From Octopus vulgaris (lineage: Eukaryota): DNA of 64,000 nucleotides. The DNA lies in NCBI GenBank assembly GCA_951406725.2, contig OX597815.1:188232001-188296000 (forward strand). The letters run 5' to 3'. A program made the translations under genes and the position numbers. Of the stretch, positions 1-12,527 are shown in pieces. The notes beneath the pieces were generated by a model. It did not search any database. It was not told the origin of the DNA and was given only the letters and a program-made list of their open reading frames with translations. Numbering within the stretch: the stretch's first letter is position 1; each line of letters opens with the position of its first letter.

Positions 1-396
1 GTGCTCCATAGCGTTTCTTTTTATCCAAACAGCCAGACAAAGGAAACTGATATGACATTGTGTAGGTGAGAAGTGCCTGTATAATTAGCAGATGGAATTG
101 ATAGATAGTTGCATCCATCCTACACATGATTGTAGCTATTGTCTGATCGAGCCAATGGTGGTTAGCTGCCTCTATGCAGGCACTCAGTGTTCTTGAAATA
201 ACAGGCAAAGTTATTGTTAATCCTATCCTATTATCTAACAAAAAAAAATATATAGGGGCACCTTAGAGGATGTGAACTTGCTACATTATATGTGGAGAAA
301 AGAGGGGGTGGTTATGGCTGGAACGTTTTTGATCCAGAGCTAACCTGAGCCTAGATAACAACAACACCAGCAGGAACAACAGCAGCAACTACAAGT

Positions 397-764
397 GGAG
401 GCGCAATGGCCCAGTGGTTAGGGCAGTGGACTCGCAGTCGGAGGATCACGGTTTCGATTCCCAGACCGGGCGTTGTGTGTGTTTATTGAGCGAAAACACG
501 AGGCTCCGGCAGTGGGTGATGGTGACCCCTGGTGTACTCTTTCGCCCCCAACTTTCTCTCACTCTTTCTTCCTGTTTCTTGTCCCCGACTTCCTATGCAA
601 CCGCTGAGCCTGGATGCGCATTCATCCATCCGTCGATGCTCTCGGTGTCGGGGGTTGACCTGCTTTCTCTTCTGCAGGTCTTACGAACAGCAAAGGACCA
701 CGAGGTGCGATCTTGCAAACTCTGGGATGAAGACCGCTTCACTCAGCAAACAAACAAACAAACA
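397..764 (+). mobile_element. tRNA-derived SINE (possibly octopus OR-type) with (CAAA)n tail
   Basis: A-box TGGCCCAGTGG and B-box GGTTTCGATTCC; head shared with the copy at 20246; ~20-bp imperfect TSD aacaacagca(g/a)caactacaa at 375-394 and 765-784. Confidence 0.8.
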
Positions 765-1518
765 AACAACAGCAACAACTACAATAATGCCTGCTGTCTA
801 AAGCTCAGATGTTCTGCATTAATCATACAAACACTAACTTCAGAATTCTCTCTTTTTCCATGGCACACTAACATCTTTAGTTCTGTTAACTTTACTGAAC
901 AGAAAAGTTACTTTGCTAGCATAAGCTGAAAGTATTTTTATTCATTTATTTATTGTCTAATTAAGTATGGTGCCTTCAAGTAATATGTTGCTCAGCTGTG
1001 AGGCTAGAGCATTGTATGACTTCATGTAGGTTTTAACTAGTACACCTTAACTTCATTTATAACTGAAACTTCTAAATTTTCTATTTTCCAAAACTATTGT
1101 TTTCAATTTATATGGTTTTATTCAAATATATGCACTGTTCCTTACCTAATTTATACTCCTTCCAGCATTTTTGTTTCTTTTTCTTCTAAATTGGATTTCT
1201 TCCTAATATTTTATTATAGAATGTTACTAAGTTGAAACATGCCTAGATTCATTCCAGCTTCACCACTATGTCTTCATTCAATTTTTTCCATAATTTAGAA
1301 GAATATGAGCAAGTTCCAACAACTTGCTTGAATCTGTGATTTGGTTTTGACTATCAGAATTTTTCAGTTCATGAATGTTATTATTAATATCAAAGTAGTA
1401 ATGAATGATATTATTTCTCTCTCGGTTACTTTTCAAAAAAGTCTTGTGTTAAATTAACTCTTAAATATAAATCTCCCGTTCATGCTAGAAACTAGAGATT
1501 TTGATTAAATGGTGTTAA

Positions 1519-1908
1519 TCTCTATATATTTAAAGCTGAAGTTGTCTGTGTATGGCAGGTTTGGTAGCCTTCAACTAACCCTATCTCCTCTGAGACCCTG
1601 GGGTGCAAGTTGACCAAAATTGAGAGTATGATAGAAGAAGGCTTGCTCTTCCTTCTGTAGAAAAAAAATCCAAATCAGACCATGTTAACACCAAAATTAT
1701 TTACATCAAAAAGGTGCTTTTTTTCTATGAAAATCCCTATCTTTTACGATATTTTGACTGCTGTGTCGCCATTCTTTGGTGTATTTCAACCAGAAAAATG
1801 TTCACTTAAAGAGAATAACAAGCTACATAATGCAAAACTTTTACTTTTCAAAAATTCCAATTCTAAATGGTCGAAACAAACCTGAGCAATGCTGGGCGAT
1901 ACTGCTAG
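1519..1908 (+). mobile_element. Non-autonomous Helitron
   Basis: Starts A|TCTCTATATATTTAAAGCTGAAG and ends CTAG|T; imperfect GC-rich hairpin CCTGAGC-AAT-GCTGGG about 12 nt before the end; no TSD. Confidence 0.7.
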
Positions 1909-2180
1909 TCTAGTATAAAAATCATAAAAATAAAACTATTTCATAAATTTGGGTGAAACTTGGTGATCGAATATAATGACAGCTGATGTACATTGTGAAT
2001 TTGGTTTTACTTTTTGTTGATTTTTATCTGTTGTCATGTCACTGCCATGTACCCAGGTAGATTGAATACAGTTACGTTAGCTTACATGTAGATGTTTTTA
2101 CATGAATTTACAAGCTATCAGTTTCTGTCTCAGAGCTGAATTTGTGTTTTGGTAGTCTTTGTAACTTGGAAGTGGCACAA

Positions 2181-2182
<2 letters not shown>

Positions 2183-2212
<30 letters not shown>

Positions 2213-2525
2213 TTAACATCCGCTTTCCATGCTAGCATGGGTTGGACGATTTGACTGAGGTCTGGCGAACCAGATGGCTGCACCAGACTCCAATCTGATC
2301 TGGCAGAGTTTCTACAGCTGGATGCCCTTCCAAACGCCCACCACTCTGAGAGTGTAGTGGGTGCTTTTATGTGCCACTGGCATGAGGGCCAGTCAGGCAG
2401 TACTGGCAACGGCCATGCTCAGATGGTGTTTTTTATGTGCCACCTGCACAGGAGCCAGTCCAGCGGCACTGGCAACAACCTCGCTTCGAATGTTTTTTCA
2501 TGTGCCACCAGAACAGGTGCTAGTA
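2183..2525 (-). mobile_element. (GAT)n-tailed non-LTR/SINE-like repeat (GGAAGGGCATCCAGC family)
   Basis: Same sequence recurs at ~8460-8805, 35060-35319, 38913-39100, 51137-51370, 53277-53390 and 58432-58800; variable 5' truncation; fixed 3' end ...GACGTTAAA(C/T)GATGATGAT. Confidence 0.8.
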
Positions 2526-3113
2526 AGGCGATGTAATTAGAAAAAGTATTGATAGATATGCCTTCATTTTCCTTTATGTAATGAAGGTTGTGTTGTTTTG
2601 TTTGGTCTCATTATTTATCCTGATAGAATTTCTTCAGAAAAACATTGAAGAACATTCTTCAAAGTTGAAAGTTTTGTAGGGCCCACATTACAAAGAAGAG
2701 CATTGATGTAATGATCAACTATAGGGTCATTTTAGTCCTGCACAGAATCAGTAAATCCCAAAATAAATTCCAGCCAGATAGACTGCTGGTGTTTACATAC
2801 GACATTGAAATATCACAGAGTATCTTCTTGGAATCAAAGCTCTCTTTCTCTAATTAAATCATAAATAAATGATACTTCCCACTTCTCTCCAATATTTCAG
2901 CTTTCTGTGTTGTTTCTCTACTTGCTCAAAATAACAGCCATATCTCCTTCATATCATAACCCTAATATCTTCATTAACAAATAAATTCATTAACAAATAA
3001 ATCACTGAATTTTCATTGCATGAGGTATTTGCTTCCATAATGATTGTAAAAACCCTAACTTCATCCAATAAATTAAAAAAAAAAAAATTAAAAAAAATAT
3101 TAGTTAAAAAGTT

Positions 3114-3530
3114 AGGCGTAGGAGTGGCTGTGTGGTAAGTAGCTTGCTTACCAACCACATGGTTCTGGGTTCACTCCTACTGCATGGCCTCAGTAGCCTT
3201 GTGAGTAGATTTGTAAGATGGAAACTGAAAGAAGCCCGTTGTATATATGTATATATATATATATATACATTATATACAAGGCTATTAACCGGTGTTGTTC
3301 AAACGATGAATAGCTTTGCGTAAACCATTGGTTCGTTTTGTTCTCTTACTTTATTATCATCTTATAATCATCTCATAATAATGACCTTTATGACTCGTAT
3401 TCCTACCTCAGTCAATCTAAATGTATATATTTGTCGTTACCTGTCATAAATAGCCTTTTTCTATTTGCGATATGCATTTTCGTTGATTTTTCATATTTTA
3501 CCCTTACATTTCCACGTGTATTTTATATTT

Positions 3531-3563
<33 letters not shown>

Positions 3564-3745
3564 TTGTGTGTCTGTGTTTGTCCCCCCCCCCCAGCATCGC
3601 TTGACAACCGATGCTGGTGTGTTTATGCCCCTGTAACTTAGCGGTTTAGCAAAAGAGACCGATAGAATAAGTACTAGGCTTACAAAGAATAAGTCCTGGC
3701 CTCAGTCAAATAACTGAAACAAGTAAAAGAGTAAAGAGTAAAGAG
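3114..3745 (+). mobile_element. SINE family A (tRNA head, internal TA/TG microsatellite, CR1-like 3' tail); ~260-bp insert in the microsatellite
   Basis: Head AGGCGTAGGAGTGGCTGTGTGG...GGTTCACTCC; tail CTGAAACAAGTAAAAGAGTAAAGAG; matches many copies in the window. Confidence 0.85.
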
Positions 3746-3945
3746 CACATGGTGAAAACAGGTTAAACTTAGTTTTTCACACAGAAGAGGACTTAGTACT
3801 TATTGTTCTACCCCCAATAAATGACATTTCTTGAATTGCACTTATTTGTGGTTCAGGACTCAGCAACAGCTGTAGTTACTTGTAGTACAGATCCTTGAGT
3901 TAAATAATGTTTTTTATTCTTGTAGTGTTATATATATATATATGT

Positions 3946-4175
3946 TTCTATATTACCCACAAGGGGCTAAACATAGAGGGGACAAACAAGGACAAACAAA
4001 CGAATTAAATCGATTACATCGACCCCAGTGCGTAACTGGTACTTAATTTATCGACTCCCAAAGGATGAAAGGCAAAGTCGACCTCAGCAAAATTTGAACT
4101 CAGAACGTAGCGGCAGACGAAATACAGCTCTGCATTTCGCCCGGTGTGCTAATGATTCTGCCAGCTCGCCGCCTT
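3946..4175 (-). mobile_element. SINE family B (AAGGCGGCGAGCTGGCAGAA head)
   Basis: Full-length match to copies at 34499 and 59454; flanked by duplicated tagtgttatatatat. Confidence 0.85.
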
Positions 4176-4834
4176 AGTGTTATATATATATATATATAAT
4201 TAGCAGAATGAGACAAAAATCCAAGGCTGTGAAAGATTTCAGAACATTTATAAGGAGAAGCCTGGTGCAGCCTCCTGGCTTCCCAGACCCCAGTTGAACC
4301 GTCCAACCCATACCAGCATGGAAAACAGACGTTAAACAATTATGATGATGATATGTATGTATCTTAAGGATATTAGGGCTATGATATGAAGGAGATATGG
4401 CTGTTATTTTGAGCCAGTAGATAAACAACACAGAAAGCTGAAATATTGAAGAGAAGTGGGAAATATCTATACTGGTAGCTAATCAAATTATAAATATTAT
4501 TATTTACTTCCAAATATGTATTTTTTGTATTTACAATGCACAACCTTTAGAAATTTTGGTCAAACAAACAGTATTTTAAATATAAAAATCAAATATGTAT
4601 ATTTTTGTATGCGCAGTCCATAACCTATATACTTTTATTGTACAAACAACATTTTGAGTGTGAAAGCAAACTGTTACAAGGACTTGTTTGGAAAACTTAG
4701 TTTTCAAACCTAGGTCTAAGAAGACTTAAGTTTGATTAGCAATCTTATTATATGAATAGCTCAATCACCTTGTTTGGGGAAGAAGAAATATGCAAGGAAT
4801 ATATGTATTATAAATCACAATTTAAAGCAATTTC

Positions 4835-4883
<49 letters not shown>

Positions 4884-4927
4884 AATAAATAAATGGAGTT
4901 TAACGCAGGTGTAAATCAAATATTTTT

Positions 4928-5013
4928 ACTTTCGACACGTGTTTCGAAAATTCCACTGATACTATTCAAAAGAATAAATGGTATAAACAATGCAATCTTC
5001 TCTTCTGGAAAGT
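4928..5013 (-). ncRNA. Type I hammerhead ribozyme motif with one core mutation, probably in a Penelope-like terminal repeat remnant
   Basis: Minus strand: ACTTTC-CAGAAGA-GAAGATT...AATTTTC-GAAA-CACGTG-TC-GAAAGT; stem I 6 bp, stem II ~7 bp, palindromic stem III ACACGTGT, GUC triplet; U4 replaced by A. Confidence 0.7.
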
Positions 5014-6357
5014 GAAAAAAAATGAAACTCGTCAATAAGACATTTTAGCAAAAAATGATGGATTTGTATAGTGATTGACTGAACGCTATTAATATTGTTT
5101 AAAAAACGTTATATGATATAACGTCATAAGTAGCTTACAGAAAGAGTAGGGATATTAATAGTGAATGTTAAATATAAAGGAAATTAAAGTATATATATAT
5201 TTCATAAAATATATAGGGTAGTGAATTTTTTTAGAAATTTCACTACCAGTGCCCTAGCATGTATAAAAAGTCAATAGACAACATATTCTCCATATAAAAT
5301 TCGTGTACATTTAAACACAAAAGAGGCAACCCTCAACAGGCAGCCTTACACACTAGAAGGAGCAGTCAAAACGACCAAAACCACATTTAAGAGCAATTTC
5401 AAAGGGAATGAAAAATAAAAACTTTTGCCTTGGTTTTTTACAGCCATACCTCTCACAAGGCTTTGGTCGGCCCGAGGCTATAGTAGAAGGCACTTGCCCA
5501 AGGTGCCATGCTGTGGGACTGAACCTGGAACCCTGTGGTTCGTAATCAAGCTACTTACCACACAGCCACTCCTACACCTATATGTAATATATAGGAAGAG
5601 CATCTGTGTCAGGAAAGGCATCCAGCTGTAAGAACCATGTCACAGCAGGCATCTGGAGCCTTGATAGCTCCCTGGCTGGCCAGTTCCTGTCAAGCTGTCC
5701 AACCCATGCCAGATGATGATGATATATGATACATAATATATAAGATATATATGATAAATGATATATAATAATCATCGATGATATATAATATATATAATGT
5801 ATAATATATATAATATTTGATATATATGTATATAATAACTACTATCAGGTAATGAACTGAGAAATGATAGATTAGTAACATATAAAATTGATTTAGTTGT
5901 ATTTAAAAGAAGTAAAAAAAGGAGAGATTATTATTTAATTATTGGTCAAGATTAATGCTGTAAAAGAGTGAAAAATATTATTTTTAATTGGGTTTTATAT
6001 CAAGGAAAAAAATGAGAGAATATAGAATTGTATCTCATACCATAAATAGGTCACTGAAAATATTCTCTGATGAAGTGAATATAAACATCGAGCAAAATTT
6101 AAGGCTTGTTTATGGAGCAGCAAGCTGATAATGACAGCCAATAGAATGTGAAAATATTGATAAATAAGGATAATATTTTCATCTTTGAAGATTGAAAACG
6201 CATAAGGAAAACAGGTTTTGTTGTTTGCTCATTATTATTTTATAAAGTTTACCTAACATGTTTTGAAACTAGTTTTTTGCAGGAATTGAGCAGTGAAATA
6301 TTTTTGTTAAAATATGTTTTTAATTAGCTAAACAGCATGATTACTATGATAACGAAT

Positions 6358-6757
6358 CTTTTTATCTTTTACTTGTTTCAGTCGTTGGACTGTGGCCATG
6401 TTGGGGCACCACCATGATGACTTATTTATTAGTTGAACAAATCAGTCCCTGCACTTATTTTTAAAGTGTGGTATGTATTCTGTCAGTCTCTTGTTCCAAA
6501 CTACTATGCTATAGGGATGTAAACAAACTAACACCAGTTTTTAAGTGGTGGGTAACAAAGACACACACACACACACACACATGCATATACACATACACAG
6601 ACATCACCAGCTTCCACAGAGTTTCAGTCTATGAAATTCATTCACAAGACATTGGTCAGACCTGGCCTATAGTAGACACTTTCCTGAAGTGCTAGGCAGT
6701 GGGATTGAACCTGGAGTCACATGGCTGCAAAGTGAACCTCTTAACCACACAGCCATA
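6358..6757 (-). mobile_element. SINE family A, older diverged copy
   Basis: Tail motif GGTGCCCCAACATGGCCACAGTCCAACGACTGAAAC, (CA)n middle, degenerate tRNA head. Confidence 0.75.
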
Positions 6758-7060
6758 CCGGGGCCTATTCATAGCCATACTTTCAGCTATGCCTGTGCTT
6801 ATAATATTGAAAATTATCAATGACTTAGCTGCCTCTGATTTTTCTATGTGAAATACTAATAGATTATCGGTACTTCTTTGAAACCAATGATGGAAATGGT
6901 TTGGTGGAACTAAGTGTATAATAAGCTTTATCCAGGTTGTATGGTTGGGGATCATGAGGATGTCCATCAAAGATGAATGGAGTGACCTTTCAATGACACT
7001 TTGACTTCTTAATTTAGCCTAGAATACATATGTTTATCCTTCAGAATACTGTAATATATA

Positions 7061-7219
7061 CATTATTTACATTATTTACATTTGACGGATATTTGTCCTC
7101 ATCTTGCTTGTTGTTGACACAACATTTTGGCTGATATACCCTCCAGCATTCATCGGGTGTCTTGAGGAAATTTCGAACCTGGGTTCTCATTCTTAAGGTA
7201 TTTTTCGATAGTATTATTA

Positions 7220-7250
<31 letters not shown>

Positions 7251-7567
7251 CAGGTCACTGCCTTGAATCGAACTCAGAATCTTGGGATTAGTAGCCTTAT
7301 GGCATAGTGGTTAAGAGCATGGGCTACTAATCCCAAGATTCTGAAGTTCGATTCCAGCAGTGACGTGAATAATAATAATAATAACATCGAAAAAAACCTT
7401 AGGAATGAGAACCCAGGTTTGAAATTTCCCCAAGACACCTGATGAAGGCTGGAGAGTACATCAGCTGAAATGTTGTGTTAACAACAAACAAGATGAGGAC
7501 AAATATCCGTCAAATGTAAATAATGTAAATAAATTACATAATTCCTCATCTCTTGAATATAGAACTG
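7061..7567 (+). mobile_element. tRNA-headed, hammerhead-bearing non-autonomous retroelement with an inverted 5' copy (Penelope-like architecture)
   Basis: 14-bp TSD TACTGTAATATATA (7047-7060 and 7568-7581); inverted arms 7061-7296 vs 7322-7530; A-box 7300-7310, B-box 7345-7355; (AAT)n; hammerhead motif in each arm. Confidence 0.8.
7434..7479 (+). ncRNA. Minimal type I hammerhead motif (decayed mirror copy at 7116-7161, minus)
   Basis: GACAC-CTGATGA-A-GGCTGG-agagtaca-TCAGCT-GAAA-TGTT-GTGTT. Confidence 0.65.
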
Positions 7568-7958
7568 TACTGTAATATATATATGCTCATATTCAAGACC
7601 TTAAAATGGTTAATGAAGCTTATGCCAATATATTTTGATGGAAATCCAAACCAGAAGATTTCCTCCATTGTCTGTAAACAATTTTATTTGAGAGTTCACA
7701 GCTTAACAACTTAAAGTCACAAGGATCCAGTGAACTGGTAAAATTTTAGCATCCACTTCACTGGGCAGATGAAATATTCAAAACAGTGATTCTGTAAAAA
7801 AAATTTAGGCTTCAGACATAAAAATTCCTCAAATCTTTTCTGGTCATAATGCTTGGCAGCGTCTCATCTATTTGTATGTTCTGTGTTCAAATTCTGCTGA
7901 GGTTGACTTTGCCTTTCATCCTTTTGGGGTCGATAAATAAAGTACCAGTCAATCACTG

Positions 7959-8281
7959 CTGAGAACCCCTTTGGGATTGCACCTAGAAAGTTACCTTCCA
8001 AAGCACAAGTCCAGGCAAGGTTGTTTTATGGAAGACCAACAGTCGCCCATGCATACTGGCCTTCCCTCTCCACACCACTGATGTTATCCAAGGGAAAGGC
8101 AAAGGGGCCAATACAGCTTGGCACCAGTGGCGTCACAACTCATTTTTACGGCTGAGTGAACTGGAGCAATGTAAAATTAAGTGTCTTGCTCAAGAACACA
8201 ACACGCACCCTGGTCCAGGATTCGAACTCACAACCTTACGATCGTAAGCTCGACGATCTAACTACTCAGCCATGCGCCTTC
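7959..8281 (-). mobile_element. SINE family C (tRNA head, central domain, RTE-derived body and tail) inserted in an old family-B SINE
   Basis: 15-bp TSD ACCAGTCAATCACTG (7944-7958 and 8282-8296); head GAAGGCGCATGGCTGAGTAGTTAG...GAGTTCGAATCC. Confidence 0.85.
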
Positions 8282-9587
8282 ACCAGTCAATCACTGGGAT
8301 CAATCTGATTGACTTACACCCTCCCCCAAACTTGCTGGCCTTGTGCCAAAATTTGAAACCAATACTAGATATTAGTTGAACACTGGGTTCTGTGTAATCA
8401 ACTTACCCAACCCCTTAAAATTGCTGGCCTTGTGCCAAAATCTGAAATCAATATTGGATGTGATGGTGGCATGTAAAAAGCACCATTCAAGCATTGGGTC
8501 TCACAGAGGCAGTAACAGGTGGCCGAGACCTTTGGCAATATATTGTGCTTTTAAAAACCTGTGAAGCCAAGTGAAATCATAGTTGTGGCCGATGCCAGTG
8601 TCACATCAATTGCATCTGTGTCACTCTTGGAGTGGTTCATGTTAGGAAGGGCATCCAGCCATAGAAACCATGCCAAATCATACTGGATACCTGGTGCAAC
8701 TCCCTGGCTTACCAGTTTTCATTCAGTCAAACGGTCAATCTGTCCAACCCATGCCAGCATAGAAAACAGACGTTAAATGATGATGATGATGATGATGATG
8801 ATGATTATATTAGCCTAACAAATTAATTATAAAATATTTCTTTATTCAATGCTTTCGTTCTTTCAATTTCAAATTCTGCCAAGGTCAACTTTGCCTTTCA
8901 TCCTTTTTTCTTGGGAGGATGAATTAAGTACCAGTTGAGTACAGGTGTTGATGTAATCAATGAACCCCTATCTTTGAACTTGCTAGCCTTGTGCCAAAAT
9001 CTGAAGCCATTATCTTTCATTTTTAGCTTTTCATTTTTGAACACTTTTGTTACTTCATAGTGTGAGAGAAGCATTGTTGACAGGTACCATTATCATGCTA
9101 CAGAAATATACAAGACAATACCCATAGCCTTAAGACTGAACATAATGTAGAACAGTAGAACAGTACCTGTATCACTATCTCCTCTACTATACTCGTTAAA
9201 CTAGCAGATACTGATGCACCACATTTTGGCAGAGATGCTGCCTGGTGGGAGGTCATGGTTCTTGTACCCTTGTAATGCTTTGATATTTTGTGCTACTATG
9301 GTGTTTTCCTTCAATTGAACACATGCTGATATAACTAATGGTAAATTATACAGAATACTTACAAGCAACAAGATTTTATGATAACAATGAATGAATAGTA
9401 AAATGTATTGGCATGGTTGTGTAGGTGAACAGTTTGCTCCTCAACCACATGGGTTTCAGGTTCATTCCTACTGCATGGCATCTTGGGCAAGCGTCTTCTG
9501 CTATCTGTTATAGCCCCAGGCCAACCAAAGTTTTGTAAGTAGATTTGGTAGATTGAAACTGAAAAAAACTATAGTACACACACACAC

Positions 9588-9626
<39 letters not shown>

Positions 9627-9828
9627 TGAGGGGATGCTGAAAAGTTCCTGGCTTTGAGTAAAAGAAAATGCAGTAGAATCAGTTAATTATGATTTTATTC
9701 AATATATTCCTCTCTCAGATTCACACACTTATTGCAATGGTCCTTCTGCTTTTTTAAGCCCAATAAAAGAACTCAGAATGTTGGGCCTCTAACCAGGCCA
9801 TTCACAATACCCTTTAAGCCAGGAACTT
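9627..9828. mobile_element. Mariner-type MITE, right TIR truncated
   Basis: TIR GAGGGGATGCTGAAAAGTTCCTGGCTT / AAGCCAGGAACTTT; second copy at 49840-50346. Confidence 0.7.
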
Positions 9829-10362
9829 TGGTAAATATGCTGTAAAGCTAAGTGCTTTATGGGCGGGAAACCCAAGGTAATCCCATACATTTTTATGTAT
9901 TCTAACTTCTTTCAGTTTCCATCTATCAAATGCTCTCAGAAGGCTTTGGCTGGTCTGAGGCTATGGTAGAAAACACTGGCTCGAGGTGCCATGCAGTGGG
10001 ACTGAACCCAGAACCATATGCATATGAAAGAGTAATGCTGTGAAACTGCTAGGAATAAAATAACAATGTTATTATATTTGCAATGGTGCAGTGAGTATTG
10101 ATTTACCTATGGAAAGTAGTGGCAAACGACACGTGTGTGTATCATAACTTAATAACATGGTCACTTTATAATCCAAGTTAATGAAAACAACAAAATCATC
10201 ATTAAAGTTCAAGCTTGTATTTTCAAAATTTAATCCTTCTTAAACCTTGGACCTGATCTTTTGGTGTTGGTTGAGCTAGATAAGGTGTTGCCCAAGCAAC
10301 TAGGGCAACACCCTTGCATCCGCCACTGTGTTCCATCTTGATTTGATATTTAGTCAGTGAGT

Positions 10363-10928
10363 TGTTGAGAGATCCCCCTTTGGTCATGACTGACCATGGG
10401 ATTGCACCTAGAAAGTTACCTTCCCAGGTACATGTCCAGGCAAGGTTGTTTATGAAAGACCAGCAGTCGCCCATGCATACCGGCCTCCTCTCTCCACGCC
10501 ACTGATGTTATCCAAGGGAAAGGGGCTGATACAGCTTGGCACCAGTGCTGCTGCAATTCATTTCTACAGCTGAGTGAATTGGAGCAACATGAAATAAAGT
10601 GTCTTGCTCAAGAACATAACACGCAGCCTAGTCTGTTCATAAGCTTGACGCTCTAAACACTGAGCCATACGCCTTCACTGGTTAATCACTAGTCAATCAC
10701 TGGGATCAATCTGATTGACTTACAACCTCCCTCAAACTTGCTGGCCTTGTGCCAAAATTTGAAACCAATACTAGATATTAGTTGAACACTGGGTTCTGTG
10801 TAATCAACTGGAGCAACATGAAATAAAGTGTCTTGCTCAAGAACACAACACGCAGCCCAGTTCGGTATTCGAACTCACAACTTCACGATCGTAAGCTTGA
10901 CACTCTAACCACTGAGCCATGCGCCTTC
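10363..10928 (-). mobile_element. Chimeric family-C SINE (head + captured flank + full copy)
   Basis: Duplicated flank ta(g/c)tcagtgagt at 10351-10362 and 10931-10942; internal 10691-10809 matches 8285-8403. Confidence 0.75.
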
Positions 10929-11005
10929 ACTACTCAGTGAGTACCAGAGAAACTAAACCAATATGGAACCACAGAATAGCTACAGTGGCTTTAATTCTAT
11001 GACAT

Positions 11006-11466
11006 AGGCGCAGGAGTGGCTGTGTGGTAAGTAGCTTGCTTACCAACCACAAGGTTCCGGGTTCAGTCCCACTGCTTGGCATCTTGAGCAAGTGTTTTCT
11101 GCTATAGCATCGGGCCAACCAAAGCCTTGTGAGTGGATTTGGTAGACGGAAACTGAAAGAAGCCCTTCGTATATATGTATGTATATATATATATATGTGT
11201 GTGTGTATGTTTGTGTGTCTGTGTTTGTCCCCCTAGCATTGCTTGACAACCAATGCTGGTGTGTGTTTGTCCCCCTAGCATTGCTTGACAACCAATGCTG
11301 GTGTGTGTTTACGTCCCCGTCACTTAGCGGTTCGGCAAAAGAGACCGATAGAATAAGTATTAGGCTTACAAAGAATAAGTCCTGGGGTCGATTTGCTCGA
11401 CTAAAAGGCGGTGCTCCAGCATGGCCGCAGTCAAATGACTAAAACAAGTAAAAGAGTAAAGAGTAA
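11006..11466 (+). mobile_element. SINE family A, full length, with an internal ~42-bp tandem duplication
   Basis: Complete head, microsatellite and tail; gtgtttgtccccctagcattgcttgacaaccaatgctggtgt occurs twice. Confidence 0.9.
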
Positions 11467-11831
11467 TATGAACATGATTATTAAGAACAGGTTGCATAAT
11501 TCTTTCTACCCTTTCCAATTCTGCTTCACTTAGAATGCAAAATGTGAGGAAATTACTGGAAATTGGCTAACTGTTTCAACTTGTTGGCTCTCATCATCCA
11601 TGCATACCTTATTCTTGACATTGTGACGTGACAAATATTCAAATATTTGAAAGTAATTGGTTACGAGTTAACCCGGAGTGTTGTTGTATGTGGAATAAAA
11701 TTAATTCTCCAAAAAGAAAATAGAGCTGCATTTAACATGGTTTTGCCATGCAAATATCGTTGTATATTAATCGTTCTTAAACTTGCCGAAAATGAAATAT
11801 ACAGACTTTGACTTCGGTAAACCTACATGTG

Positions 11832-12369
<538 letters not shown>

Positions 12370-12527
12370 AATGACCCTGAAAGAAAATGGAAATAATCTT
12401 GTGTATCATGGAGGTACAGAATGTGCTCAGGTGATTCTATTATTATTGTTTTTTTTTTGTATATATATATTTTAGGGAGTTGATCTAGTTAGGGTTCCTC
12501 TTCAAATCTGGAAATTTACATTTTTGT

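Noticed and set aside
397-472. tRNA gene (also 20246, 7300, 8210-8281, 10855-10928)
   Set aside because: No proper acceptor stem; continues into repeat bodies, several with TSDs, so these are SINE heads
10280-10329. hAT-like TIR GCATCCGCCACTG
   Set aside because: No convincing partner TIR or 8-bp TSD found
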